A stretch of 64,000 nt of DNA from an uncultured virus (IMG/VR IMGVR_UViG_3300033141_004351) (IMGVR_UViG_3300033141_004351); one strand, 5' to 3'; positions 28,563 through 37,596 are shown, numbered from the stretch's first letter. Notes: a model not told the origin generated them from the sequence alone. Numbers and translations are program-made.

Positions 28563-28780
28563 AACCCCCCTTTTAAATCTTCCAGCGTTTCTGGGCTCGC
28601 TATGCCCATCAGTGTTGCAAGCAGTTTTGCCTGCGCCGTTGCCCTTTCTTTTTCATAGGGGGTCATTGTCTGATGATTTTTTATTTCTGCAACCTTCCGA
28701 TCAAAGAATATTTTAGCATCTCGTTTCATGGCTGCTGCCTTACGTTCTTCAAAGGTCCCCCTTTTTTTAGCTTCACCCAT
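28547..28780 (-). CDS. Hypothetical protein (MGEAKKRG N-terminus)
   Basis: AAGGAG RBS; N-terminal motif common in phage small proteins. Confidence 0.7.
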   Translation of the reverse strand: MGEAKKRGTFEERKAAAMKRDAKIFFDRKVAEIKNHQTMTPYEKERATAQAKLLATLMGIASPETLEDLKGGLCLLA

Positions 28781-28805
28781 TAGCCCAGTCTCCTTTTGCG
28801 CTCCT

Positions 28806-29213
28806 TTAAGCGTACTGTTTGTGATGTTTTGCACACAACCAATCTACATCTAAGGGTTTGTCATAGTCTGGATGGTGGCCGTGTGCTACCTTTCCACATA
28901 TTCGACAAGGTTGGCGCTGGATCTTACCATCACGGATGGCATTGTTTAGTTTATTTTGTGCCCTGTATCCTTTGGGGTTTTTAGCACGCCAAACGCGGGT
29001 GTTCTCCGTGATGTGTTGCCTCCGGTGTGGTTTTTTGGCGCGGTTCCGATCATATTCACGGATTTGATCAATATTCTTATTTCTGTGTTTTGCCACTCTT
29101 TTACGGGTGCAAGTTTTACAGAAATTCAAATATCCGTCGGCCATTTCTTTGTGTCGATAAAATTCCTTGGCGGTTTTTGTTTTACCGCACCTTCTACATA
29201 CTTTTGCAATCAT
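28806..29213 (-). CDS. Zinc-finger/HNH-like protein
   Basis: CRRC...CKTC and PCRICG...HGHHPDYDKPLDVDWLCAKHH. Confidence 0.75.
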   Translation of the reverse strand: MIAKVCRRCGKTKTAKEFYRHKEMADGYLNFCKTCTRKRVAKHRNKNIDQIREYDRNRAKKPHRRQHITENTRVWRAKNPKGYRAQNKLNNAIRDGKIQRQPCRICGKVAHGHHPDYDKPLDVDWLCAKHHKQYA

Positions 29214-29225
29214 ATTAACATCCTA

Positions 29226-29900
29226 TCAAAAAGGTATAGTGTCGTCGTCATACCCAGGATCTCCAGTTTCCGCGCCGGGTGGTATATCGGATGACTGTTG
29301 CGACCCTTGATACTGGCCCTGGTCCGGATGTAGCTTTTGATACTCTGGAGATGTCCGGACCAAGTTGGCAATCCAGTCTGGAATACTGTCCGGGACCATA
29401 TCCCCACTATCGATTTCATATATGACTATATCGTGATCCGGTTCCAGTTTTGTCTGGTTTTTCATCAGGCCCATAATCGCATTTATGTTAGCATAGGTTT
29501 TGTCTCCAGAGCTGGTTTTTTTCGTTACATGCACAACCTGGATGTTGGCATTAACGCCCAGCAGCTTAGAAAGATCAAACCCCTGTAATTCTTCTTCGGA
29601 AAAAGGTTTCTGCCGCCACGCTTCAAGATCTTGTCTAAGGTTGGCTTTTTGGTGTAGGGATAACCGGTACAATTTGGATATCACCATTGGCATATCGTTT
29701 TCCGGCTCTCCTTCTTTGGATATATCGATTCGATGTTCTGGAAACTCCCACATAATAAGAACTTTATAAATTTCCTTATTGAACAGTGGGTTTATTTGGG
29801 TACCTATGTCCACAACCGCTATACACACCGCTTGCCAGGCTCCTGCCGGTACCGGTTCGAAATTATCTGACCCACCCGGGTCTTTTGCTGTTAAGCCCAT
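29226..29900 (-). CDS. Putative single-stranded DNA-binding protein
   Basis: OB-like N-terminus, Q/G-rich linker, acidic DDDTIPF tail; next to an exonuclease. Confidence 0.65.
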   Translation of the reverse strand: MGLTAKDPGGSDNFEPVPAGAWQAVCIAVVDIGTQINPLFNKEIYKVLIMWEFPEHRIDISKEGEPENDMPMVISKLYRLSLHQKANLRQDLEAWRQKPFSEEELQGFDLSKLLGVNANIQVVHVTKKTSSGDKTYANINAIMGLMKNQTKLEPDHDIVIYEIDSGDMVPDSIPDWIANLVRTSPEYQKLHPDQGQYQGSQQSSDIPPGAETGDPGYDDDTIPF

Positions 29901-30223
29901 AATTTTACTCCTTTCAACATATCAAGTTTTTTGGTTTTAAGTATGGCCATTTTTACCATCTTGGCCGTTAAAAATTTTGATTGAACTCCCATTCCTGCCT
30001 CTGGGGCTATTATATTAACAAAATAGATTTGTTCTGGCCACTTGTTAGCCATAATTCGATCCAGCGGGAAGGTTTGTAAAATATGCACCTCATGGCCATG
30101 TTTATAAATCAACCGCATGACCGGATGCCCCTTATCATCTTTTAAGATAAGGACTTCTTTAACAAAGCTACCAAAGAGCATCGTGGCGATTTTAATTATC
30201 TTTCCTTCCCTTGTCCCGGCCAT
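29891..30223 (-). CDS. Hypothetical protein
   Basis: 110 aa, overlapping its neighbours in the operon. Confidence 0.6.
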   Translation of the reverse strand: MAGTREGKIIKIATMLFGSFVKEVLILKDDKGHPVMRLIYKHGHEVHILQTFPLDRIMANKWPEQIYFVNIIAPEAGMGVQSKFLTAKMVKMAILKTKKLDMLKGVKLWA

Positions 30224-31134
30224 TTTTCATTAAACTCCCAGCAAAGCTGTTTGCAGTCTTCTTTGATCTCGCAATAATTTGCACAACGATTACCATCCCA
30301 ACACTCCCACGGCAAACACACCCTGGCATATTCGTCATCAAAAGCCTGGTTAACCTCAGCCTGGAGTTTGGCATAGAACCCCAAGACTTCAGTGTCCTGT
30401 ATCTTAGGCAACTCGATCAGGTACTTATTGCTGGTAATGCCGCGATTTTTGGCAATAAAGGTCCCACCATCTCTCGGTATGGCAAATATCCTCATTCGAC
30501 TGATTTTAAAGCCATAAGTTTCATAAAAAATACGATAACGGTTAACCTGTAAGGATACCCCAAAAAGGTCTTTTTTTGGATCCACATAGATGATTTTAGA
30601 TTCTTTTTTGGTTTTGGCCTGCCCTTTGTTTGGCCCGGATTTTAGATAGACCTGTTTACCATCTTTATCCAAAACCGCCACATCGTTTTTTTCAATCTGG
30701 ATACCCATCCACTTAGCTACAGCATAAGACCCGGATGTTTTGTGGTCGGTAAGAATATATTGGTTTGGGATCCACTCGTCGTCTTCTAACAGGTCTGCAA
30801 TCCCCTTAGAATCTTTGTCGGACAACGGTTCCTCGCTAAGCACATTATGGGTAATACCTCTGTCTGCCAAGCGGCTGTGAACCGTAGAGCCCAGGACTGC
30901 AAATACGCGACCATCCGGATCAGCTGCATAATCAAATACAGCCTTTCCCCAGATCAACCTTGGGCCATTACCGGCAGCTGAGGGGGTTACACCGGTGTAC
31001 TTTCGATCATAACCAATCTTTCTTAGAAAGGGTAAGGGACAGCAGCGTTCATTCATACGACATCCTTTGGGTGTCAGGCATTGGCCTATTGATATTCTTT
31101 TGGAATCCGGACAGATAAAATGTGTTAAGCTCAT
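30196..31134 (-). CDS. PD-(D/E)XK (Cas4/RecB-like) exonuclease
   Basis: LGSTVH, SEE, GIADLL, TDHKTS, QVNRY, C-terminal CxxxxCxxYC Cys cluster. Confidence 0.8.
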   Translation of the reverse strand: MSLTHFICPDSKRISIGQCLTPKGCRMNERCCPLPFLRKIGYDRKYTGVTPSAAGNGPRLIWGKAVFDYAADPDGRVFAVLGSTVHSRLADRGITHNVLSEEPLSDKDSKGIADLLEDDEWIPNQYILTDHKTSGSYAVAKWMGIQIEKNDVAVLDKDGKQVYLKSGPNKGQAKTKKESKIIYVDPKKDLFGVSLQVNRYRIFYETYGFKISRMRIFAIPRDGGTFIAKNRGITSNKYLIELPKIQDTEVLGFYAKLQAEVNQAFDDEYARVCLPWECWDGNRCANYCEIKEDCKQLCWEFNEKWPGQGKER

Positions 31135-31159
31135 AATATTCTCCTTATAGTTTATTTAT

Positions 31160-31516
31160 TTATGCCAACATCCATTTTGGTGGAAGCTGAACTTCCTGGT
31201 CCCATGGTCGCCATAAGTGTAAAACCGTTTTTCCGACATTAATATAATCTTTTTCGGGTGGGTGAAATTGGATGGCCAGCTCGTCACTTTTAAAAAACAG
31301 GTTTTTAATAAAACACATTTCTTCCCATTTGGGGCAACGGTGTTTTAATGATACTGAAACGTGATCCCAGCCCTCACCACAGCCACAAATTACCAATAAC
31401 TTATGATATCTATACGGTATCCTAAAGCACCCTTCGATATTTCCGGGGATTTGTTTTTCGTAAAAAGGATGATCTACTCGTAATTTTTCAAGGTTTGATG
31501 GTAATTTGTTTTTCAT
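31160..31516 (-). CDS. Conserved phage hypothetical protein
   Basis: GWDHVSVS...PKWEEMCFIKNLFF...QFHPP...LHLWRP motif. Confidence 0.75.
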   Translation of the reverse strand: MKNKLPSNLEKLRVDHPFYEKQIPGNIEGCFRIPYRYHKLLVICGCGEGWDHVSVSLKHRCPKWEEMCFIKNLFFKSDELAIQFHPPEKDYINVGKTVLHLWRPWDQEVQLPPKWMLA

Positions 31517-31755
31517 GGTCGTTCACTTTTTTCCATCAGTTCCTTATATTTTGCCAATAATTCGTCCCATGTGTCAAGATAGCCGGAAAAGACGTACTTA
31601 ACGTTAAGCCAGAACTTGGCTATCCTTCTGTCAGGAAAAAATTTAAACGAAATGGCCTGGATAGAAACATCCATTTTAAACTTTTCGCATAAGTTGTCTT
31701 CCATATATTCTATCTGTGTATAGCTTGGTTTTTCTGTTTTAGTTATCCGGTGCAT
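31513..31755 (-). CDS. Hypothetical protein
   Basis: 80 aa; AAGGA RBS; ATGA overlap. Confidence 0.65.
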   Translation of the reverse strand: MHRITKTEKPSYTQIEYMEDNLCEKFKMDVSIQAISFKFFPDRRIAKFWLNVKYVFSGYLDTWDELLAKYKELMEKSERP

Positions 31756-31781
31756 TTTACTTTTCCTTTTTTAATGACTGA

Positions 31782-31931
31782 TTATACGCGATCTTCTTTA
31801 ATGTCTATACGAACGATCGTACCAGCCCAATATGCTTTGACCGAAACCCCCTTGTCGTTTTTAAGGTCAATACGCTTCATGCCGTCGGCGACTTTTGTAT
31901 ATGCTTCTTGTATTAATTCCATTGTATCCAT
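31782..31931 (-). CDS. Small hypothetical protein
   Basis: GGAGG RBS before MDTMELIQEAY. Confidence 0.65.
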   Translation of the reverse strand: MDTMELIQEAYTKVADGMKRIDLKNDKGVSVKAYWAGTIVRIDIKEDRV

Positions 31932-31987
31932 TTTGCCTCCAAGTGTATAATAAAGAAATGGGCGCACAGAAAGCCGCATATTTCTGT

Positions 31988-32200
31988 TTAAAATTTTAAA
32001 TCTGGAAAATCCAGTTGTTTTTGCATCAGGTTTCTAGCTTCAACCAAGTCTTTCTGTTGGTCTGCTTCCAAGCAGTTCCACCAAATAAGCCTATCTTCTA
32101 TAATTAAATTGGTCATGTCAGACAATGTGCGCAGTTGTTCTCCGGTAAAGGTTAATGTAAATTCATTGGTTTCTGTTGGGTTGTTTGCTTTTGGTGTCAT
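31988..32200 (-). CDS. Hypothetical protein
   Basis: 70 aa; AAGGGA RBS. Confidence 0.6.
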   Translation of the reverse strand: MTPKANNPTETNEFTLTFTGEQLRTLSDMTNLIIEDRLIWWNCLEADQQKDLVEARNLMQKQLDFPDLKF

Positions 32201-32225
32201 TTATCGATTTCCCTTAAAGAAAAAG

Positions 32226-32287
32226 AAGGTGCCTTCATCCTGTTAATCTATCCGGGATTATTCTTTGATGCGGGTCAAAGACCAGGA
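32226..32287. repeat. 62-bp exact direct repeat, copy 2
   Basis: Identical to 26690-26751. Confidence 0.95.
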
Positions 32288-32413
32288 ATTTTTTGCTTGC
32301 CCGTTCACCTCTGATATTTCATCAATCTTATTATTAATTTCTCCCCACAAGAAAAGAGATATAGCAGTTAGCATGCTGCCGATTAAAATTCCTAAAAGTA
32401 AAATTGGTATCAT
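32258..32413 (-). CDS. Small single-pass membrane peptide, copy B (51 aa)
   Basis: MIPILLLGILIGSMLTAISLFLWGEINNKIDEISEVNGQAKNSWSLTRIKE; many differences from copy A are synonymous. Confidence 0.75.
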   Translation of the reverse strand: MIPILLLGILIGSMLTAISLFLWGEINNKIDEISEVNGQAKNSWSLTRIKE

Positions 32414-32429
32414 TTTAAAACCTTTTTTA

Positions 32430-32525
32430 TTTGGCTACGGAAACTAAATTTACAGCTTCTTGTCAGGTTTAAGATTAACACTGTTCATACCCACGCCCTG
32501 TAGTGGCTTAATTCCCGCAGCCAAA
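32430..32525 (-). ncRNA. Long rod-like RNA hairpin in the leader of membrane-peptide gene B
   Basis: Minus strand UUUGGCUGCGGGAAUUAAG pairs with UUUAGUUUCCGUAGCCAAA (19 bp, four G-U), followed by UACAG/CUGUA. Confidence 0.6.
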
Positions 32526-32571
32526 CGGTAGCCTCCCGTTTACTTTACAAGGTTTGGTGGTAATTTATTTT

Positions 32572-32799
32572 TTATGTCAAATGCTTTATCAATACATCCA
32601 TAAAAGAGTCCACAAACCAGTTGGATGTTGGATCCTGTTTTTTAACATCCAAAGGTTTTTGTTTTTGTGGAAACGAAATATTAGAAGCCGACCAGTCCAC
32701 ATGGTTGTTGGACAAAATCAGGTCCTTGGCTGTTTTGCTTAAATTAAATAGTGGTTGCCTGGTTTCCATGGTTTCTCCCGTTGTAATATTTTCACTCAT
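32572..32799 (-). CDS. Hypothetical protein
   Basis: 75 aa; start may be the internal ATG after GGAG. Confidence 0.55.
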   Translation of the reverse strand: MSENITTGETMETRQPLFNLSKTAKDLILSNNHVDWSASNISFPQKQKPLDVKKQDPTSNWFVDSFMDVLIKHLT

Positions 32800-32962
32800 T
32801 ATCTTTTTTAAACTCTTTCCATTCGTCGGTTAAACCATAGTGATCGTAGTAAGCTTTTGCCTGGCGCATATACGCTTTATGGTCCGACCAGTTGCAATCT
32901 GTATCATCCGGATGAATCGGTGCGCCCTCGCCTTTTATGTGAGCCAATCCAAATCCACTCAT
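32792..32962 (-). CDS. Small hypothetical protein (56 aa, not in the track)
   Basis: AAGGAG RBS; MSGFGLAHIKGEGAPIHPDDTDCNWSDHKAYMRQAKAYYDHYGLTDEWKEFKKDNE. Confidence 0.6.
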   Translation of the reverse strand: MSGFGLAHIKGEGAPIHPDDTDCNWSDHKAYMRQAKAYYDHYGLTDEWKEFKKDNE

Positions 32963-32977
32963 AATTTTCTTTCTCCT

Positions 32978-33214
32978 TTAAATATTTCTTAGCCCAGCCT
33001 CTTTTGTCATTCGGTTCATTGCTTGGTGGAAAAATTCTGTCTTAAAAGAATGTAGATAGGTTCCTCCACCTGCTCCAGCCCTTAGTTCTCCAGGCACTCC
33101 AAGAGCTTCAACCCTTTTCATTGCTTCTATTTCAGCATATGGAATAAAAAAATCAACATCTTTTTCGTACTGGGTTAATGCATCTCTTAATTCTGTCCGA
33201 TATCTTTTCCTCAT
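32978..33214 (-). CDS. Hypothetical protein, first gene of the leftward operon
   Basis: 78 aa; GAGG RBS; downstream of a sigma70-type promoter. Confidence 0.7.
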   Translation of the reverse strand: MRKRYRTELRDALTQYEKDVDFFIPYAEIEAMKRVEALGVPGELRAGAGGGTYLHSFKTEFFHQAMNRMTKEAGLRNI

Positions 33215-33250
33215 AGATTGCCTCTTTTGTATTAATTTTGAGTTGCCAAC

Positions 33251-33279
33251 AATCTATGACACCACAACCTATTTGTCAA
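33251..33279 (-). promoter_or_regulatory. Leftward sigma70-type promoter
   Basis: TTGACA-17 nt-TAGATT; near-copy at 43849-43877. Confidence 0.75.
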
Positions 33280-33386
33280 GCTTGATTATGGTAGGTTATA
33301 GGCACTGATGTATGATCTGCCCAAATATTTAATGTCAAATCAATTATTTTCATCGATTTTTGCTGATTTTTGTATCAACCTGCTGC

Positions 33387-33415
33387 TTGACAGGTGTGCT
33401 ACAATGACTCATAAT
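33387..33415 (+). promoter_or_regulatory. Rightward sigma70-type promoter (divergent pair)
   Basis: TTGACA-17 nt-CATAAT. Confidence 0.7.
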
Positions 33416-33468
33416 GATTCTAAAAGTTATTTATCCCATTAATTTCCATGACAATAAAGGAGTGTTAC

Positions 33469-33756
33469 ATGCCAATTCACAGTTTTGAAGAAATGGTTGA
33501 AATTCTACGAGAAGATCTTGGGTCACACAGTCACGTTGCCAGGGCTTTGGGTTTAACGGTACGACATTATCTAAGGTTGCGTACCATAGAACAAGCCAAA
33601 GATAAATCAATTCAAACCATGATACTGATGCGGATTTATTGTAAGATCATCCGTTTGAGTCGCACACACAAGCCCTTTCGTAATCATAAGAGAGAACTGG
33701 TTAGAGAATGGACCAGTGACCATCTGACTAAGCGTAAGATCAGAGTGTTGTGGTAG
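33469..33756 (+). CDS. Cro-like HTH transcriptional regulator
   Basis: AAGGAG RBS; SHSHVARALGLTVRHYLRL helix-turn-helix; first gene after the divergent promoter. Confidence 0.6.
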   Translation: MPIHSFEEMVEILREDLGSHSHVARALGLTVRHYLRLRTIEQAKDKSIQTMILMRIYCKIIRLSRTHKPFRNHKRELVREWTSDHLTKRKIRVLW

Positions 33757-34046
33757 GATATCCAAAGCCAAAACCTATCCGATTACCACGATATCTGGAA
33801 TTTCTTACCACGCTTCCATGTACTCGTTGTAATCGGGTCAAATCTGAATATTTAGATATAGTACCGGCACATCAGGGTTTTGGATACGATCCTGGAATGG
33901 CCACGAAAAATAATGACAACCTGGCCCTGCCTCTTTGCACTGAATGTCACGACAGAGAACACCATGGAGCCAAAACATTCTGGAAGGGATTTGATAGGAA
34001 GATGGCAATAATTAAATGTTTGACGTTATATCTTTGGAGGCATTGA
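33750..34046 (+). CDS. DUF968/HNH-like zinc-binding protein
   Basis: YLEFLTTLPCTRC...AH...ALPLCTECHDREH. Confidence 0.7.
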   Translation: MVGYPKPKPIRLPRYLEFLTTLPCTRCNRVKSEYLDIVPAHQGFGYDPGMATKNNDNLALPLCTECHDREHHGAKTFWKGFDRKMAIIKCLTLYLWRH

Positions 34047-34246
34047 TGGATATTAAAAATTTACCATGTGATAAACAAATAAAAACAATCTGTCCCCTTA
34101 CGCTCCCAAATCCTAACGGCCCATATGCTTGCTGTGAAAAACAGTGTGTATGGTGGCAAACATATTATGAGGGAACTGAAAAAGAATGTGGTCGGTGTGT
34201 GATTGCATCAATCGTTCCGCTTAGAAGGCTTAGGGTGGAAAGTTGA
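34046..34246 (+). CDS. Small Cys-rich protein (paralogue of 24466-24657)
   Basis: GGAGG RBS, TGATG coupling; ICPLTLPNPNGPYACCEKQCVWWQTYY. Confidence 0.75.
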   Translation: MDIKNLPCDKQIKTICPLTLPNPNGPYACCEKQCVWWQTYYEGTEKECGRCVIASIVPLRRLRVES

Positions 34247-34249
34247 ATA

Positions 34250-34429
34250 ATGCCGTCAATAGAATTTGAGGTTTGGTGTTCGTGTGGTAACGGCCTTTGT
34301 GGCCAATGTACCGATAAAAGGGGTGGTATCGTTATTGAACCATGTGAAAAGTGTATGGAGATAGCTGCAAGTGAGGGCTATGATAGCGGATATGATGTAG
34401 GCTACAACGACAGAGATAACGAGGGTTAA
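34250..34429 (+). CDS. Small Cys-rich protein (59 aa, not in the track)
   Basis: MPSIEFEVWCSCGNGLC...PCEKC...EGYDSGYDVGY; exactly fills the gap between neighbours. Confidence 0.65.
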   Translation: MPSIEFEVWCSCGNGLCGQCTDKRGGIVIEPCEKCMEIAASEGYDSGYDVGYNDRDNEG

Positions 34430-34432
34430 ATT

Positions 34433-34828
34433 ATGGATGAAAATTATGATCTGGATCCTAATGAAATAATCCAACAGCTTCAGGATTTAATTCAAAAAAT
34501 TGAAGACAAAAATGACGAATATAAATCCTTGGGAAGAACCAGGGCCGATAAGACAAGAATTTTTAATATCGAATTTGCCAAACAACAGTTACTGTTTAAA
34601 AACAAAGGAATGGCCATAAGTATCCTTAAATCCCAAACCCTGGGTCATGTTAAAATTTCAATGTTAAAGTTTGATGTAGATGTTTCAGAGGCTGAATATC
34701 TGGCATGTAGGGAAGCATTACATGCCATGAGAGAAATTATTGGCACCTACAGGTCTTTTTTAACCTGGCTGCGGATGGAATATCAAGGACAGAACGTGCC
34801 ACAGAGCGTGCCACGGTTTCATCCATAA
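34433..34828 (+). CDS. Coiled-coil hypothetical protein
   Basis: 131 aa, helical; GAGG RBS. Confidence 0.7.
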   Translation: MDENYDLDPNEIIQQLQDLIQKIEDKNDEYKSLGRTRADKTRIFNIEFAKQQLLFKNKGMAISILKSQTLGHVKISMLKFDVDVSEAEYLACREALHAMREIIGTYRSFLTWLRMEYQGQNVPQSVPRFHP

Positions 34829-34836
34829 AAAAATAC

Positions 34837-34865
34837 TTGACAGGTTGAATTATATGTAATACATA
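34837..34865 (+). promoter_or_regulatory. Possible internal promoter
   Basis: TTGACA-17 nt-TACATA; shares CTTGACAGGT with the promoter at 33387. Confidence 0.45.
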
Positions 34866-34881
34866 TAGGGAAACTAATATT

Positions 34882-35019
34882 ATGAAAAAAGACAAATGTA
34901 AAAGATGTGGGCATGAATGGTATAGGCGACAACCCGAAAAGCCAATCTTATGCCCAAAATGCCGTACAGCCTATTGGGATAAAGAAAGAAAGGAAAAGGG
35001 GGAAAAACATGGCACCTAA
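34882..35019 (+). CDS. Zinc-ribbon peptide (45 aa, not in the track)
   Basis: CKRCGHEW...CPKCRTAYWD. Confidence 0.7.
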   Translation: MKKDKCKRCGHEWYRRQPEKPILCPKCRTAYWDKERKEKGEKHGT

Positions 35020-35218
35020 AATTGATATTGAGACATGTATAACACCTGGCTTTAATTTAATATTTTGCAATGGGGGCGCTGGCGGCGTTGAGTGTATTAT
35101 TAAAGCGGGTTTTGGAAATAAAACTAACAGGGTTTTAATTGAGGAAGACGATTTAGAAAAAGTCTACCAAGCTATTGGCTATGTGTTGGGCCTAAGTAAA
35201 CTAAATAAAGAGATGTAG
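35009..35218 (+). CDS. Hypothetical protein
   Basis: Start MAPKIDIE after AAGGGGG. Confidence 0.55.
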   Translation: MAPKIDIETCITPGFNLIFCNGGAGGVECIIKAGFGNKTNRVLIEEDDLEKVYQAIGYVLGLSKLNKEM

Positions 35219-35237
35219 CAGATTTTAGGACCAAAGT

Positions 35238-36032
35238 ATGTCAAAAGAAGGTGGATATATATTATTGGCCAGAGCTTTGGATAATTCTGACATTATGAAT
35301 AAACCACCACATTTTCGTGAAATTTGGTTGTGGTTTCTTCGTAATGCTGTATGGAAAGATTGTGTCCGAAAGGGTCTTAAGTTGAAACGTGGGGAGCTGC
35401 TGACCAGTTACAATGAAATCTTGGACGATTTAGCCTGGGATGTAGGAAATAGATCAGAAAGGTATAAAAAACACCACGTTGACCGTGCTTTTAGGTTTTT
35501 TAAAGAAGCCGACATGGTGACGACAGCGAAGACGACAAGGGGGTTGAAGGTAACCATCTTAAAATATAATGAATACCAGAGGTCAGAAAGTTATGAAGCC
35601 GACAGCGAAGACGACTATGAAGCCGACACGGTGGGTGTTGTACCATTTATAAGAAACATAAAGAAGAAGTACTTGGAAATCAAACTTCCTAAAAATTTTC
35701 CATTAAACCAATTTATCGAATACGAAATCGCAAGAATGAACGGTAAAAAAGATGGTCGTAAAAAATGGAATGATAAAAATAGGCAGAGCGCAATTAAAAC
35801 TTTTTTAAGTCTGGCGGAATTTATTGATGAAATAAAAGTGGATGGATATACCGGGCTAACTCATATTTTAGAAATGGCCACCGAAAACAAGTGGCGCGGT
35901 TTCGAATATTTTAAAAAATCTATGAGAGGAATCCGCGAGAAACGAAAACAGGCCAGCATCCAATATAAAAAAGATAAAGATAGTATGGCACGCCCACAAC
36001 CACCAGCCTTTAATCCTAAAATGTTGGAGTAA
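35238..36032 (+). CDS. Phage replication initiator protein
   Basis: GGYILLAR...LKRGELLTS...VTILKYNEYQ winged-helix N-terminus; immediately upstream of dnaB. Confidence 0.75.
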   Translation: MSKEGGYILLARALDNSDIMNKPPHFREIWLWFLRNAVWKDCVRKGLKLKRGELLTSYNEILDDLAWDVGNRSERYKKHHVDRAFRFFKEADMVTTAKTTRGLKVTILKYNEYQRSESYEADSEDDYEADTVGVVPFIRNIKKKYLEIKLPKNFPLNQFIEYEIARMNGKKDGRKKWNDKNRQSAIKTFLSLAEFIDEIKVDGYTGLTHILEMATENKWRGFEYFKKSMRGIREKRKQASIQYKKDKDSMARPQPPAFNPKMLE

Positions 36033-36034
36033 AA

Positions 36035-37363
36035 ATGAACACTATCGATATAAAAGCACTTCCACACGATACCGAAATTGAAGAATCTTTATTATCTGCT
36101 ACACTTGTGGACAGTTCCATACTGGGAGAAGTAGCTGATATTTTAAGTCCGCGCCATTTTTATAAAACCGCTAACGGCCTAATTTTTAAATCGATTCTCC
36201 AGTTGTTTAAGCTTGAGGAGCCGATAGACTATTTAACAGTTAAGAATAAGCTGGAAGAAAACGGAGACTTAGACAAGGTTGGGGGTATGCCATATTTAAT
36301 TAGAATGTCCGAAGCTCCACTGGCTGTTAATGCAATATATTATGCCCAAAAAATCAACAACCTGGCTGTCCGTAGACAGTTAGTTTATGAGTCTGCCAGG
36401 ATACAAGCCGTAGCCTTTGATACAAGTAAGGATATTGAAGATGTGGTGGAAAACGCTCAAAAAAGGGTTTTAAGAATAAATACATATTCGAATCCGGAAT
36501 ATGTTTTTACCAATGATCTGGTAGTGGAAACGATAGACCGTTATGAGGAGATCCATAAAGAGAAGACTTTGGTAACTGGGGTGCCGACTGGTTTTGGTGA
36601 TTTAGATCGAGTTTTATGTGGGATGCAGACCTCTGATTTGTTAATTTTGGCCGGTCGTCCATCTATGGGAAAGACCGCCCTGGCCCTACAGTTTTCCAAG
36701 GGTGCGTCTGATGCAGGATATAAACCTTTTATTTTTTCTTTAGAACAACCACAAGACCAGTTAATGGATCGGCTATTTGCGGCCCAGACAAGGATGCCCA
36801 CAACGGTATTTAGGTCTGGGTTTTGGAGTAATGATGACTGGAAACAAATAGCGGAGGGGGCTGGTGAGCTTACTGGAGTTAATATCGGTATCGATGACCG
36901 TGGTGGTCAGAGCTACCGGGACATCTGTAAAACGGCCAGGATCGTTCACAAAAAGCATGGGGTTAATCTTATTATTATTGATCACCTGGGACTGGTGACC
37001 GGAGCCGCCCATAAAAGCAGAAATGATGAAATTGGTATTTATACCAGGTATTTTAAAGCTTTAGCTAAAGAGTTGCGAATACCGGTTGTGGCCTTGTCGC
37101 AACTATCCAGGAAGGTTGAGGAGCGTTCCAATAAGCGGCCACAGTTGTCTGATCTTAGAGACAGCGGGAACGTAGAACAGGATGCAGATGTGGTCATGTT
37201 TATTTATCGTGATGAAGTTTATGACACCGACGAAAATAATCCAAATAAGGGCAAAGCTGAATTAATCATTGCAAAACAGCGCCAGGGGCCGGTTTGTACT
37301 ATTTATTTATCGTGGCTGGCCAAGTGTACCCGATTTGAACAATACCACAAGGAGCAATATTGA
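36035..37363 (+). CDS. dnaB: Replicative DNA helicase
   Basis: LPHDTEIEESLL, AGRPSMGKT, FSLEQ, IIIDHL, LSQLSR, RPQLSDLRDSGNVEQDADVV, KQRQGP. Confidence 0.97.
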   Translation: MNTIDIKALPHDTEIEESLLSATLVDSSILGEVADILSPRHFYKTANGLIFKSILQLFKLEEPIDYLTVKNKLEENGDLDKVGGMPYLIRMSEAPLAVNAIYYAQKINNLAVRRQLVYESARIQAVAFDTSKDIEDVVENAQKRVLRINTYSNPEYVFTNDLVVETIDRYEEIHKEKTLVTGVPTGFGDLDRVLCGMQTSDLLILAGRPSMGKTALALQFSKGASDAGYKPFIFSLEQPQDQLMDRLFAAQTRMPTTVFRSGFWSNDDWKQIAEGAGELTGVNIGIDDRGGQSYRDICKTARIVHKKHGVNLIIIDHLGLVTGAAHKSRNDEIGIYTRYFKALAKELRIPVVALSQLSRKVEERSNKRPQLSDLRDSGNVEQDADVVMFIYRDEVYDTDENNPNKGKAELIIAKQRQGPVCTIYLSWLAKCTRFEQYHKEQY

Positions 37364-37596
37364 TGTGGCCATATCCGATTAAAAAATGTTGTAATTGTCA
37401 AGACTGGATCGAAACCCATTACCGGGGGTCGTGTGGTTTTAATGCAATACTGCGAGCCATTACTGTGGATCCATATGAAAGAATACCAGAATGGTGCCCG
37501 TCTCCAGTTAATAAAAAAATAACAAAATCAAAACCAAACAACGACTCGATTGACTGGGAAAAGGTTGCAAAATTAAACCCTGAACTATTACATTAA
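37360..37596 (+). CDS. Cys-rich hypothetical protein
   Basis: CCNC...C...IPEWCP. Confidence 0.6.
   Translation: MMWPYPIKKCCNCQDWIETHYRGSCGFNAILRAITVDPYERIPEWCPSPVNKKITKSKPNNDSIDWEKVAKLNPELLH

Noticed and set aside
30196..31134. CRISPR-associated cas4
   Set aside because: No other cas genes or array; context is a phage recombination module
26690..32287. CRISPR array or diversity-generating retroelement TR/VR pair
   Set aside because: Only two distant copies with no spacers; differences are not adenine-specific and no reverse transcriptase is in the window
36035..37363. Intein or intron in dnaB (terL also checked)
   Set aside because: Lengths and motif spacing are normal; no splicing motifs seen
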